Below are positions 34,300 to 51,230 of a stretch of 64,000 nt of DNA, piece by piece. The notes under the pieces are model-generated. The model saw only the letters and a program-made list of their open reading frames with translations. It was not told the origin of the DNA and made no database searches. The stretch is taken from assembly GCF_009914755.1 (NCBI RefSeq), contig NC_060935.1; one strand, written 5' to 3'. Position numbers and translations under genes: made by a program. How positions within the stretch are numbered: position 1 is the stretch's first letter; every line of letters starts with the position of its first letter. The DNA is from the human T2T-CHM13v2.0 reference genome, Homo sapiens.

Positions 34300-34612
34300 G
34301 CTTTCTGGCTATGCAGCCTTGAGCACGTCATTTAAACTTTCTAGATTTCAGCTTTCTTATCTGTAAAATGGGGCTAATATTAATTATTATGATAGTAGCT
34401 GACAATAGCATTTGCAAATTGATTTATCCCTTTGATGAAGTTAAAGATTTTCTGAAAATCTGGAAGCAGTTTTTGACTTACTTGCTTTTGTTTAGCATCT
34501 GAGTGATGTGAGCTGGGTGATTGTCTAGCTACTCAGAGGGTCACAGTAAGGCCAAGTTGACTAAAAGCATGTAAAATTTTTAGAACAGTGCCTGATACAG
34601 AGTAACAATTGC
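34300..34612 (+). mobile_element. MIR split by a ~130-bp non-MIR insertion
   Basis: Core tcagctttcttatctgtaaaatggggctaata lies before 34396; tail tactcagaggg...catgtaaaatttttagaacagtgcctgatacagagtaa lies after 34525. Confidence 0.75.
34396..34515 (+). repeat. Dispersed direct repeat, copy A (partner 35862-35982)
   Basis: About 80-85% identical by manual alignment; exact 23-bp core TTGATGAAGTTAAAGATTTTCTG. Confidence 0.92.
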
Positions 34613-35331
34613 TACTCTTCCCCCAATCCCACCCCCACCACCCCTGCTCAGGTACTGAAGAATAATGATAGAAACTACATTTTCTCACAAAGAGTAAGAA
34701 ATATAGTTGCACTGATATTATTAAACACTTGGTATTAAACACTGAGTCAAGAACACGGTACAGAGATACAGGAAGTCAGACAAAGGACCTCCCTAAAAAG
34801 TCTTGAAAAAGAATATGGGCAACGTCTCAGGGGAATTGGAGGACGGGACCTAATGCCCCCTTCAAAGTTAAGAGCATCCTATTTCTGTGAACTCTGCTGG
34901 TTCTGGGACTATAAACAGGCATGGCCCCTGCAGTGGACAAGCAGGCCAGTGAGGGTGCCACCAAAGGCTGAACAGTCCCTGGCATGGAGCAGGCACTCAA
35001 TACTTAATGAATGAAAGACTCAAGAATGAATAAATGAATGAATGAAAGAAACTATAAAAATAATGCATACAAATTACCTGCATAGGAAATGCTTTTGAGA
35101 AATACCCTGCATAACATGGAAGTCCATTACTATTTTGAGCTTAATTAACCTTTTATTTCAATGAGTATTTTATTTAATACTCATTAGTAGCCATATAGAG
35201 GGTATAATAAATACATGGCGTTTCTGAATGCACATAGAATGTTCTAGTTTCCAAAAATTTCTAACGCATCTCAGAAAGGAGAGTGATGTACTCCATTTAT
35301 GTTTTTATCTTTCCTTTCTTTGTAAATTTAG

Positions 35332-35670
<339 letters not shown>

Positions 35671-35861
35671 AAATTTAGAGTTTTTAACAGATAAATTTGA
35701 CTTTAAAAAATGGCGACCTCTAATAATTAAGTTTCTAGAAAGTATAATAAAAACCTAGAAAGTCTGTGAAAATAGATTAAATGATACATGCATAAAGGGT
35801 TCATTGGTTGCCTCTTTTAATTTGCTTTTCTCAATCAAGATGTGCCATCCTCCAGCTTAAA

Positions 35862-35982
35862 TAGCTGTCAATAGCACCTGCAATTTGATTTATCTCTTGA
35901 TGAAGTTAAAGATTTTCTGGAAATCTGGAAACAGTTTTCGAATCCTCGCTGTTGTTATTTAGCATCTGAGACTTGTGAACTG
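35862..35982 (+). repeat. Dispersed direct repeat, copy B (probable donor of 34396-34515)
   Basis: Aligns to copy A and lies in sequence I do not recognise as a repeat. Confidence 0.92.
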
Positions 35983-36599
35983 TTTTTCCCACTATTTTTC
36001 ATCTTAGAATTCTAGCATCTGCATAAATTTGGAGAGCAACTTGCCTTCTCCTTAGATACACGAATATGGAAAATGCAATAGAAGTTGCTTATCATGCACT
36101 CAGGTTGAGTGAAGTTTTATCATAATGAAGCTAAATGAAATTCCCAAATTGCTCTGGTGGAGAGGAACGCCTTGATATTCCACTTGTGGAAAAATGGCTC
36201 TATGCCAAAAATAAAGTTACATCAACCTCAGTACAGGAGAAATCAGAGTTTCTGCTCACAGCAGCAGCAGAGGAATCATCTGCAACACAGAGACTTTTGG
36301 GTTGTATGTAAGGCAGCCTTGCTGGATGGTCTTTAACAGGGTTTTGGTAGGGACATGGTAGAGGCTGGTTCCTAAACTCTTCAAACGTTTCTTCCCAGCC
36401 CTTTAGCTTTGACCTCACGTGCAGAGTTGAGTTAATTATAAGCCTTATTTATGGGCACACTTTCACCATTAAGTTCATACACAGCCCCATTTTTGTGCCA
36501 TTCTTCACTCCTATGTCCTTTTCTCCCCTAAGCAACCATGTAAACATGTTAGAGAGGTGAGCGTGCACACACACATACACACACATTCATTTACACATG

Positions 36600-38520
<1,921 letters not shown>

Positions 38521-38924
38521 TTCATCTTTGATTGCTTGTTTGTATTTATCCTTTTTAAAGAGCATTTTAAATACCTGCTTCAATTCAGAATAATTTGGGG
38601 TCATTTTAACTCCCAGTATTGGCTTTCTCCTCAAGACTCACAGGGTGCTACCTCCTTTTGAGATAGCTCAACAACCCCATTCATTTTTGGGAGTCCTATA
38701 AAGTTTTCAGAAATTTGACTGAAATATTTACCCCACTCTGGGGTTGGGAAAATAAAAACAGTTAAAAGCCATTTGTGGAAGAAATGCTGAAACTTTTTTT
38801 TCCCAAATCAAAGAGTAGATATAGATTTAAATATGAAGTTAGCATTATAGCTATTTCCTGAATGCCAATATGAGGGGTGATTGCCGCATTCTGAATTGTC
38901 TATATATAGATAAACAACTAAGAC

Positions 38925-39145
38925 ACATACTGTTTTTTCTATGTGCCAAATCCTCTTCTAGCCATTTTCTACATATTACCTTATTTCATTTAACAGACCT
39001 CTGAGGTGAGGACTGTTATCTTCCCCATTTCACAGGTGGGGAAACCAAGGCAGAAAGAGGTTAAATACTTTGCCAAAAGTCACGCAGCTATAGAACTAGA
39101 GCCAGGACTCAGACCGCAGCAGTCTGCCCCAGAGGCTGTGCTCTC
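38925..39145 (-). mobile_element. MIR
   Basis: ccccatttcacaggtggggaaaccaaggcagaaagaggttaaatactttgccaaaagtcacgcagcta. Confidence 0.75.
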
Positions 39146-39604
39146 GGCCCCACAGCCCCGCCTTCAGGTCCCAGGGCACGCGCCATCCTCAGGAGGAAAG
39201 AGCCAAGCTGGGGTCTAAGAGCAAGCTGGGGTCAGTGTGGCTCAGCCAGTGTTGTTTTAAAGTCCTTTTTGGCACAGCTGATAGGTCATACTCCTTCACG
39301 ATCACCATCTTGGTCTCTGCTGCTTTTTGCTCCCTACAGTCTGACCAGCAGTCCCTCCAAACCAAAATAGTCAAGTAACTTCTCTCTGCCCCCAAAAAAG
39401 TGTTCAACCACAGAAACAGAGAGTGAGAGAGGGAACGCAGTCCTCCACGGGCTGCGGCTTTCCGCCCCGCCCTGCTGTCTGCCCACAGAGAGGGAAGGGC
39501 TGAGCAGGGCTTACAATCTGGGGAAGAAAGACAACTTGCTGGCTTCTCTGACTTGGGTTTCCTAAGAGAAGAATTATTACTTTGTTTTGAATATTGAAAA
39601 TCCC

Positions 39605-39679
39605 TAGATTAGATGCATCTATATTAAAATGTGAATATAATATATGCATTCACATTTGCATATAGGTGCATCTAATCTA
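39605..39679. repeat. Inverted repeat, 32-bp arms and 11-nt loop
   Basis: 39605-39636 pairs with 39648-39679: 29 Watson-Crick pairs, one T-G and two mismatches. Confidence 0.95.
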
Positions 39680-39998
39680 TGCATCTACAGATGCACCCCT
39701 CCCCCCACCTCAGAAACTCCAAGTATAAAATGCAGACACTAACATTCAGGTATGTAGACATTCTGATTACAGTTATTATTGGTTCTTTCCATTTAGATAA
39801 TAGTGAGATGGCTAGATAATAGGGTATTGTCTGTTTGCTAAAACTAAACAAATCTTTTTCAATTATGATGAGGCATATTTCATGGTGCAGGAATAGGCTG
39901 GAAGTTTGCAGCTCAATTTGCTTCTGAATTGGAAGCACAGGTACGGCAGGCCATGATAAACAAAGGGGCTAAACTGCGTGTGGCTAAAGCCTTGTTGA

Positions 39999-40376
<378 letters not shown>

Positions 40377-41695
40377 GAAATGGGTGTTTCTTTACACACA
40401 CAAACCCCTTCACACTTGTGGTCTTCCCCCCTATGAATCAAGGAGTCCAGGTCTTGATGCAGACCTGAGACAGCAGAGTGTCTATTTTCAAACTATCATG
40501 TGCTCACAGCTGCCAGAAATAAGTCACCTCAGCAAACTCAAATGGTGGCAATTTCATAACACATAAAATTGATTGATGCTCACAATCAAAATGTATTTCC
40601 CTCGATAATTTATGCTCAACAATTTGACGTAATTATCTGTGCCACAATAGTAACATTTCTGCCTTCCTGTCAGCGCTGAAGTGCAAGCACACAAGCACAC
40701 ACACGTACACAGAACAAAAAACACACTATCTTTCAGAGGCAAGATTTCCAAAAAATCAATGTCATCGCAGCCTCTTTTGTATTTTGTTGTGGCAAGAGTG
40801 AATTTAAACAGCCTAGGAAGTCAAAACAACGGGAAAATGTCAATACATATTAACTTAATCACGCAGCTCTGCCCTGCCATCCTTGTCTAACACTCAAATT
40901 AGGCTTCCACTGTAAGTTCCACGCCGCTATTGGCAGCTTGTAACTTCCCCACAAATATTTGCAGTCTTGAGCGGTCATCCAAAATGAAGGATGGCTCCAG
41001 GCTTCCAGGCATCTTCTTTGCATCTGTATGAGATTTTGTCACTGCTGTTTTAAGAAAATCACTCCCCAGGCAGGCTTGGGCTCACTTGTTTGATTCACAA
41101 TCTTAAAGCATCTTCTATCCAGCAAATGCTTTTCTGCCTGCCTCTTGATGGCACTGCAGCAGAAACTTCATTATCTGATGCTCTGCATAAGCCTCTTTGA
41201 AAAGAAAACTTAATATAAGACATGTTAATCCAAATAAATGCACAATGTACTGGCCCCATCGAACCCTGGGTGTGCCACATTGGACTGCGAAACAAGCATC
41301 TGATTAAAGTGCCAAGAGTGGGGCAGGGAGACCAGCGCACCAAGTGGAGAGACTGAATAGACTTGACCTTTTAAATGAACACTCAGCTGCTATTCATTCA
41401 TGCCAGCATGCTCCTTTCTTTTTCCCCAAAAAGGTAATTGGAACAGACACTCTAGTTGTCTCATTAAGTACGTAGAATGTTCAGGTTATCTTATATGAAG
41501 ATGATGCTGCTGGCTGGTGAACATGCTGAGCTGTTTCAAGAAGACTAACAAGTGAGCATTTCAGCATTCTCACTCTTCCCCAGCACCCCTGGAGATGAGG
41601 TGCCGTTACCAGCAACAGGACCCAGAGGAGTCATTTAGTCATGTACGCAAGTGGAGCTGAGGATCCACCATCAGCATGGACCAGTGCTGACACTT

Positions 41696-41848
41696 AGGAC
41701 AGCCTACATAATTTTCAGGGCCAAATACAAAATGAAAATGCAGACTCCCTTGTTCAAAAATTATTAAGAATTTCAAGTCAGCAGCAGCAGAGCATTAAAC
41801 CGGTCAAGAGGCCCTTCTGAGCATCACGGGCCCATGAGGCCAGCCCCA
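41696..41848. mobile_element. MER45A-like (hAT-Tip100) transposon
   Basis: ctacataatttt...caaaatgaaaatgc...cccttgttcaaaaattattaagaatttcaag...cagagcattaaacc matches recalled MER45A. Confidence 0.8.
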
Positions 41849-42657
41849 CTGCTACTTCAATCCTTCCCTTGCAGACACTCACAGGTGAGGGGACATTGCA
41901 CCATCGGTGGGGACTGAAATGGGTGACTGTCAATACAGCTGTGTCCAAAACAGCTTCCTCTGCTCACACAGAAAAACATCGAAATCATGGTTTCCTCCTG
42001 CTTTGGGTAAAAACAGGCCCCATATGAGACTGCCTTTGAAAAGGAAATAAATGCCCTTCAATTAGTAAGTGCCTAGTCTCTCTCTCTAAAATTCTCTCAC
42101 TTTTAGAAGAAAACCATTTAACCATTATCCTAGTGCTGGGATTTCTGGGAAGACACAGGGATAGATAACCCTGTCTTTCCACATCCTCTCCCAACAGCGA
42201 CTTTCCAGGAAACAAAAACAAAGGCATCCATGTGGATTTCTAAAGAAATCTTATGAGAATATCCAAATGTCTGTAATTATTCATATAAATTAAATATTGG
42301 GACAACTGGGACTTGACAGCCATTACCCTCTAAAATGACACAAAAAGAGAAAAGTGTGCTTAGACTGCTATAAAGGACTCTCTTGAGCCAATCCTGTAAG
42401 AGTAGTTTTTGTTAAAGGTATTGTTTGTTATCAAAGATATGAGAACATCACGTCCAAGCCCTTCCAGCTGACTTTTCTTCCCAACAATTTCAAATCACCA
42501 TACCACAGAGAGGTAAGAATTGCTACCTTTGTGGGAAATTCAACTTCACATTTTTTCAAGGACCATGTATAGCAGAAGCCCAAGCTAAAGAACTTTGTCA
42601 ACAATTAGGGTAAAAATATTACCTACAGGTCACCTTCTGTTAATTGATTCTATTAAC

Positions 42658-43824
<1,167 letters not shown>

Positions 43825-43828
<4 letters not shown>

Positions 43829-44040
43829 CTCGGTGCTAACCAAAGTTCCAAAACATTTCTATGTAGTTATGATTGATGTTCAGGTTGATATATTCCTGCA
43901 ATAATTATTGAATTCCTGCTGGCCTGACAGCATTCTGTTGGCTACTTTACGTTCTAAAATATAGGCATATAGAACACTGGAAAATAAATATTGAACAAAT
44001 TTAAGGTATATTTGAGGTACATAATGATCTAAAAATTGAG
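43825..44040 (+). repeat. 216-bp direct repeat, right copy (3' flank of L1)
   Basis: Begins within the end of the L1 poly-A; matches 42658-42873. Confidence 0.97.
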
Positions 44041-45055
44041 TATATACATAAATAACCATAATATGAGGTTTAAAGTAAACCAGAAGTGAACGTCTTAACA
44101 GAGCCATACATTTGGAGTTGTGAGAGTTCAGAGAAGGGAGATAATACTTCCCCATGGGAAGATCTCCAGCGATTTCATGGAAAAACTATTCATTTAATAA
44201 TTCCTTGAATGACGTGTAAAACTGTGGAGCAGTTATGAAGGACCTTGCAACAGAAGGACACAGCATCAGCTATTCCACAACCATCTGTTCTACCTAATAA
44301 CTAGGTAGTGGCCATCCAGTCTACCTCTTCCCCTTCTAACCTGTCATTTTCAGGTGAGACCTATACTAACTGAATCCCATTCTTCCCCTCCCAATCCTCA
44401 GTAATTTGGCTTCTGCTTTCACTTTCAATTGAATATATTCTCAGAAAATGTCACTCAGGAGCTCCTAAATGTCAAATGTAATGGGCGTTTTAAGATCCTA
44501 ATCTGATTGGGTTTTGATGCTACATGTGATGTAATTAATCATTCCTTCCTTCTTGAGGCTTCCATGACACCATGTTCCCTGGCTCTCCTTGCACCTTGGA
44601 TGATTTCTCTCTGGCCCCTTCGTGGGCTCATCTTCCTCCATCTGCTCTGTAAAGGCTGTCGTTTCACAGGGTTCTGTCCTCCACCCGCTGGTTTTCTCAC
44701 TCCACATGCTCCCTGGATAACCACAGTTATTCACATGATTTTAATTATCATCTATATGATGACGACTCCTAAATCTATATTTCTAGCCCTGGCCTCATCC
44801 CCTGAGCTTCAGACACATATATCATATATCCCACAGGCAACTACAGCTCAACATGTTGAAAATGAAAAATCATTAGTTTTCTCCCTAAGAAGTCACCTTC
44901 TCCTATATTTTCTGCCTCAGCTGGAGTTTGCTGATTTTACTCACTACATATTTCTCAAATCTATCTCCTCCTTCCTGTCACTCCTACCAAGACCCTAGCT
45001 CAGTCCCTTATTAGCCTTGCCTACATTACATTAACAGGCTCTCCACTCCAGTCTT

Positions 45056-45346
<291 letters not shown>

Positions 45347-45424
45347 TCCACTCCAGTCTTGACCCCTGAAACCTACCTCTAAACATCTTCCAGAAAGAAT
45401 CTAGCTGAGTTGCAGGTCTGATCA

Positions 45425-45433
45425 TCTCTCTGC

Positions 45434-45464
<31 letters not shown>

Positions 45465-45469
45465 TCTCT

Positions 45470-45514
<45 letters not shown>
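45425..45514. repeat. Compound (TC)n(CA)n microsatellite
   Basis: Direct inspection. Confidence 0.95.
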
Positions 45515-45516
<2 letters not shown>

Positions 45517-48500
45517 TAAAGCATTTTACCAGCAACACGTTTCTTGGGAATAAGATTCAGACTCTTGAATACAAGGTGCTTTATATGTCCATTACAGAAG
45601 AAAGGAGAAATTCTGAAACAGTCATTTGGCAGCTTAATGAGGAACATGTAAAGGGTTTCTGGGTAGCACCAGTGACCAAATGAACTGAAGGAACATGGTC
45701 TTGGTAGTGATATTTGCCTGGCCAGATGTCCTCAACACTACACAAAGGATAATTATAGAGTGCAGAAGGTAGACAAAAGGATTGATCCAGGATTTTATGG
45801 CAGAATAACAGAGTTTAGGGTACTGTCCAGAGAGCCATCAAAATTTTCAGGAATATTCCACAGAGTTCAGGCTTGGTAGAGAAGGGAGTGGAAAAGGAGA
45901 AAAAAAAAATAGTGGAAGCAAAAGATTGACAGTTGCAATGAGACTTGAGAATAATGGAGGGAAGCCACAGCACAGAGGAATTAGCAGAGGGCTTGCTTAG
46001 AGGGAAATCTTGGAAAGGGGGCTGTTCTAGGCAAGCACATGATTCTAGCCGCAGTCAGAGTACATGACTTATGTGAAGTAAAGGGAAAAGACACTGCAGC
46101 TAAGGGAGCCATGAACTTCTGCAGCTAGATAGCAAGGTAGAGCATTTATCATTGAGTTTATTACACTGGACTACAAATGTGTGTTTATATGTCTCTTCTT
46201 ACTAGACAAAGAGCTACTGGAAGTCAAGGACTATATATATTTAAATTTCTCTCCCCCAGGATCTAGCACAGTGCCTGGGACAGAGCAAGTGCTCCAAAAA
46301 TTATTTAATGAGTGGCAAAGGCTTGGAATTGGGGAATTCTGGGACATAAGCATGGAGCAGTGTAATTTGGCTGTTCAGATGCACAAAGATAAATAGTGAG
46401 AAATAACATGGGGGCCGCATAATGAATGCCCTGGAAGAGCAGGTCATAAAAATTGGGCTTTTATAGTCAATTGGAAGTCACTGAAGGTTTGGGGCCTAGG
46501 AGAAATGGAATATGATCAACACTATATTTGTAACTATTGATTAATATTTATGACCCTAAAGTAAGGCACAATACTATCTTCTGAATCATCAAAAAGGGAT
46601 TATATTCTACTCACCATAGTATTTCCGTCCTGATAAACATATCGTTTTCTATTGTCATTCTCTGGAATTGGTAATCTTCTGTTTCCATTCAGGTGGTGGT
46701 GATTCATCAAATGTTCATTGACTACTTTCTACGCCCCATGCCCCAGGCTAGGCACTTTTACAAATGTTATTTAACTCCATTCAAGAGATTAATTTGATAA
46801 GCCAGAACATCAGATTTCCAAACTATGTTGGACAATGAACATAATATTTACATATCACAGGATCTCTTATACCAAAGACCCCAAAGCCACACACAGGATT
46901 ATGTAAAGTTCATTTTGTTCATGTTTTTAATGGAATTGCTTCTATTCAAAGACAAGGTATCTAAGTAGGAGCTGAAATTCACCATCTATAAATGGAGTAA
47001 ATTAGACTGAGAATGATTCAGTGATGTATCAAAGGCTACAAAGAAAGAGGATAATGAAGCCAAAGTCAGAACTCTGTCTGATCTCAAGCATGGTATTCTG
47101 TTAGCTCTGTGATTTAGATGTAAACTTTACCAGCTCTGAAATGTGATCTCTGTACAATAGACAAGTGGAAAATTGGCCATTCAGCAAAACACAGTGGAAG
47201 GGAAGCAGGCTGCTGGTGAGTTCCATCATTTATTACCACGCTGGTCCTAAATTTTCACACCTAATTAATCAAGCTTGCTCTGTAATCACTTTTCTACACG
47301 TGCTGTTGGTGGATTTTACAGCTGCGGTTTTAATGAGCTGCTGTTTCTTTTGACATTTGGAAATCTAATCTGGAAAAATGATTCAGTGACTTGTTAAGAC
47401 CTTTCATATTACATGTTTAGCCATGTAGCTTTCTAGGGTCCTGGGAGGAAATTACGGCCAGCCACATTTCCCATATAGCTCTCGGTTCATGGCAGGCAAT
47501 TCCTATGGAGCTACCGAACAGATGTAGCCGGCAACCCAATGAGTTAATGAAAATGAGTATCAGTGATTGCAAACACCTAGGAAATAAATAAGAATTTGCA
47601 ACTTGACTTATGAGAAGATGATATTTGAAAACCCAAAAGCTCGCATAAAATACAAAAAATTTGGGTGGCCATCCCATTTCAGGAAACAGTCATCAGGGTG
47701 GAGAGAAAAAATACATTCAGTACAGATCGGAAACAACTACCGAATTATAGAAACATGTCAGATACCAAGAGAGAAATAGCATGAGAAGCACTCTTTCCAC
47801 TTACAAGGAACATTAATTAATATTCTATAGCCTGTGTAATTCTTGTAATTACTTCTCTAAAATTGGGGTGTTTTGCAGTGAAAAGAGATCCTAGAGGAAA
47901 TACACATGTCAAAATACATTATTCCTGAGTGCACGGCACATATGGATGAGGCTAAATTGGCCTTCTTATTCCCATAGCAAACCCCACAGGAGTTCTAGGA
48001 TTAAAGACTGGCAGTCATTGCTCTATCAAGCTGTTCATACCCAGGGATTTGTGACTCTCTAGTCAGAGGAGGCAATCTGGAAACAGGACAATTGCCTGTG
48101 AATTTTGAAGCCCCCACCTCAATATACTTAATGAGATTAATACACAATTGTTCCTTTCAAATCTCATGGTATTCATAACCGCTCTTGTCATGTGGCTCTT
48201 GTCAGTGAGTGTGTTGATTTAATATTTCCTGGATCATACCCTTTTCCCTCGCCCACCTTGACTATTTGCTGTCAAATTAATTGGTAACTATTTGCCTAGT
48301 TCACCTATTTCTTCTTTCTTCCTTGTGTTCTTCCTCAGTTCATCAACAAGTGAAAAACTCTCGGCCATAAAATCAAACAATCAATTTTGGTTGCTAGGAG
48401 GGAAAACATCAGTCCAGAAAAATTGAAGCTGAAGGGTCAGAATTTGCTAATGTCATTTCAAGCTCAGAGCTCATAAATATTCTGAGGTGAAAGAGAATTT

Positions 48501-50191
48501 TGCAAATAGTCTGAAAACAAACTGAATCAAAGAACTGGCTCTGCGATGGATGGTATTTCAAAATGGCACCACTGAAAAGCAAGGTTAGAAATAATACATA
48601 TCATACCCTGTTTAATGTTTAAAAATTACACATACAAATATCCACAGTAAATGCATGGACTATCTCTGTAAGGGAACATGTGGAACTAATAACACCTCCT
48701 ACTCCCATGGGGAGGAACAAGATGCTGGTAGACAGGGAAAGGATAGAGCTTTGTCTTGCTCTCTACATTATCTTTTGGTCCCTTCTAAATTGTATTCGAT
48801 GTACATATGACTTATGAGAAATAAGAATCTATTTTTAATAGCAGTCCTTTCACCAATAACTAAGCTGTCTAGTTCAGTCCCAGCTCTAAGATTGAAGAAT
48901 ACATTTCTTTGCCAGAAATCCCCACTATGCCCTCTTCATCTTCCACACAGTCCACACTCTGGACTCCTGCCATTTCAAATGCTTTCTTTAGGAATACCTT
49001 TACAATCAACCTGCTATTGGTCTCAAATACAAGACCAAGAAATGGCTTCAGCAATGCAAATGACCTTTCCAGAGTCTCCCAGCTTTCTAGAGGCATGGTT
49101 AGAACCAAAATCTTTCCATAAGAAACCACTTCATGTATTTCTAACTTTGCTTACCCCAAAGGAGGCAGTCACAGAGTGCTAGCCTGAAAACATTCCTACC
49201 AGGTAAGTCTTTCAAGGCCACCAGAAGTGAATTGCTTCTTTTCTCTGTAACTCTCACCCTGACCCACACCACCCCACCACTTTGCTCCTTTCATTGCTCT
49301 ACCATTCCCAAGAACTCCCTTCCCAGCACAATTAAGAAATCTAGAATTAAACATTCTTTCGGTTTGGGGCTCCCAATCCCAATCTGTCCCAGGAGAAATT
49401 AGTCTCCAATCAATGGCTTTAGAGCAGCACAAAAGAGAGCTCCGAGCAGCTGTGCTTCCCGACATTGGTAGTGGCTGCCACCATGTGCACTGATCTGTAG
49501 GGATTTCTGAGTCTCCCCTAACAGCTCATGAATTTTATAAACTAACCTCATTGTAACCAAACCATGAAATTGCAAATTTAAACTTTGTCAACAAACAAAG
49601 ACCTAAAGGAAGCTAATGCAGCTTTGCCTCTCCAACGCCATCCAAGCTGCAGGCCGAGACAGCAAACTGTCCATCGGAGACACCCAGTCCTGACTCCCGG
49701 AACCCAGCCGTGGAGGGGGAGCATTCTGGCCCATCAATAGTGCCATCCATGAGACCAAAGGAGGCTCAGCTTCCTGGGTCAAAAACAGTGGGGAAAATTG
49801 CAGCCAGCACAGAATCCCTTCAGGCTTTTGTCTTGTCTAGTCTAGGAGGTTGCAGAAGTCTCCTAACTGGACCCCTCAAGTCTCTTCCCTCCATTCTGAC
49901 CATAACACTCTGCAGCTCATTTGTGGTTAGTTGTTTCTAAGATAAATTTGGAACTCTTGATCATGGCAAACGTCTTCAGTGATAGGCATACTGCCTACTT
50001 GAACCACTTCACCAACTGAAAATCCCTACGCTTAGCAGACAAACTGAGGCTCAAGCCTCTCTCACCTACCCCCTGTCCATCCTACACAGCCTTGAGCTGT
50101 CAGACCTGCCTCTGTCTCATCACCAGCAACCATGTATTCAACTAATCTCAACTCATCTTTTAATATTTACATGAAACATCCTCTCTTTTGG

Positions 50192-50530
50192 TGCTATTAT
50201 TAATACTGAGTGTCAACTTGATTGGATTGAAGGGTGCAATATTGATCCTGGGTGTTGCCAAAGGGGATTAACATTGGAGTCAGCGGTCTGGGGAAGGTAC
50301 ACCCACCCTTAATCGTGTGGGCACCATCTAATCGGCAATCCATGAATATAAAGCAGGCAGAAAAACGTGAGGCAGAGAGACAGGCTTCACCTCCCAGCCA
50401 ACATCTTTCTCCCATGCTTTCAAGTTCTTCAGTTTTGGGACTTGAACTGGCTCTCCTTGCTCCTCAGCTTGCAGACAGCCTATTGTGGGACCTTGTGATC
50501 ATGTAAGTTAATACTTAATAAACTCCCCTT

Positions 50531-50583
<53 letters not shown>

Positions 50584-50628
50584 CTATTCTATTAGTTCTG
50601 TCCATCTAAGAGAACCCTGACTAATACA
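50192..50628 (+). mobile_element. MLT2A2-like (HERV-L) solo LTR containing (CA)~24
   Basis: ttaatactgagtgtcaacttgattggattgaagg...aatataaagcaggcagaaaaacgtga...gagaaccctgactaataca; AATAAA near 50517; CA run at 50534-50582. Confidence 0.9.
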
Positions 50629-50819
50629 TATGGGAATCCTTTTACATTTCAAGGTCCACTCCTTGGGCTTTCTCTCTTATGTTGAAATTGTCTTTTCCGC
50701 GTTTCCTTCTCCCTGGACTATGCATTCTTTAATGGCATGGCCTGTTCCACCTGAGATTCCAAGAACCCAACCCAAGGTCTGCTAACTGGCACTAAATGAA
50801 TATTTGCTGAGACCAAGCG

Positions 50820-51230
50820 TCACGGTTGCTAGCCTTGGAGACAGACCTACGTGAGTGCAAACCTCACTTCTGCCACTTCCTAACTAAGTAGACTTGGGCA
50901 GTTTACTTAACATCTCAGCATCAGTTTTCTTAACTCCAAAATGGCAATAATAATGCCTATTTCACAGGGTGGTTATTAGGATAAATGAGCTAATATAGGT
51001 GACATGCGAAGCAGATAGAAAGCACTCAGCAAGTGCCAGCTCTGCTGTTATCATGCTCGGCTATGGACTGACCGTGAAATCTTGGCCATGTTTCTTGACC
51101 TGTTTAAGACTCAGTTTTCTCATCTTTAAACTGGGGATAGTAATAGCTTCCAACAAACTGTATTATTATGTGGATTTAATGTCCTAATTCTTGAAAAGCA
51201 CCTAGCAAAGCACCTGACATACAGTAAGAA
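50820..51230 (+). mobile_element. Two MIR copies
   Basis: cttgggcagtttacttaacatctcagcatcagtttt...aaatggcaataataatgccta; second core ctcagttttctcatctttaaactggggata. Confidence 0.7.

Noticed and set aside
36533-36552. p53-like CATG pair
   Set aside because: Cores are 8 bp apart rather than 10, with several flank mismatches.
36010-36563. Possible lncRNA exon ending at GAG|GTGAGC; strong donors also near 49203 and 63885
   Set aside because: Isolated splice-donor matches are frequent by chance and no transcript evidence is available from sequence alone.
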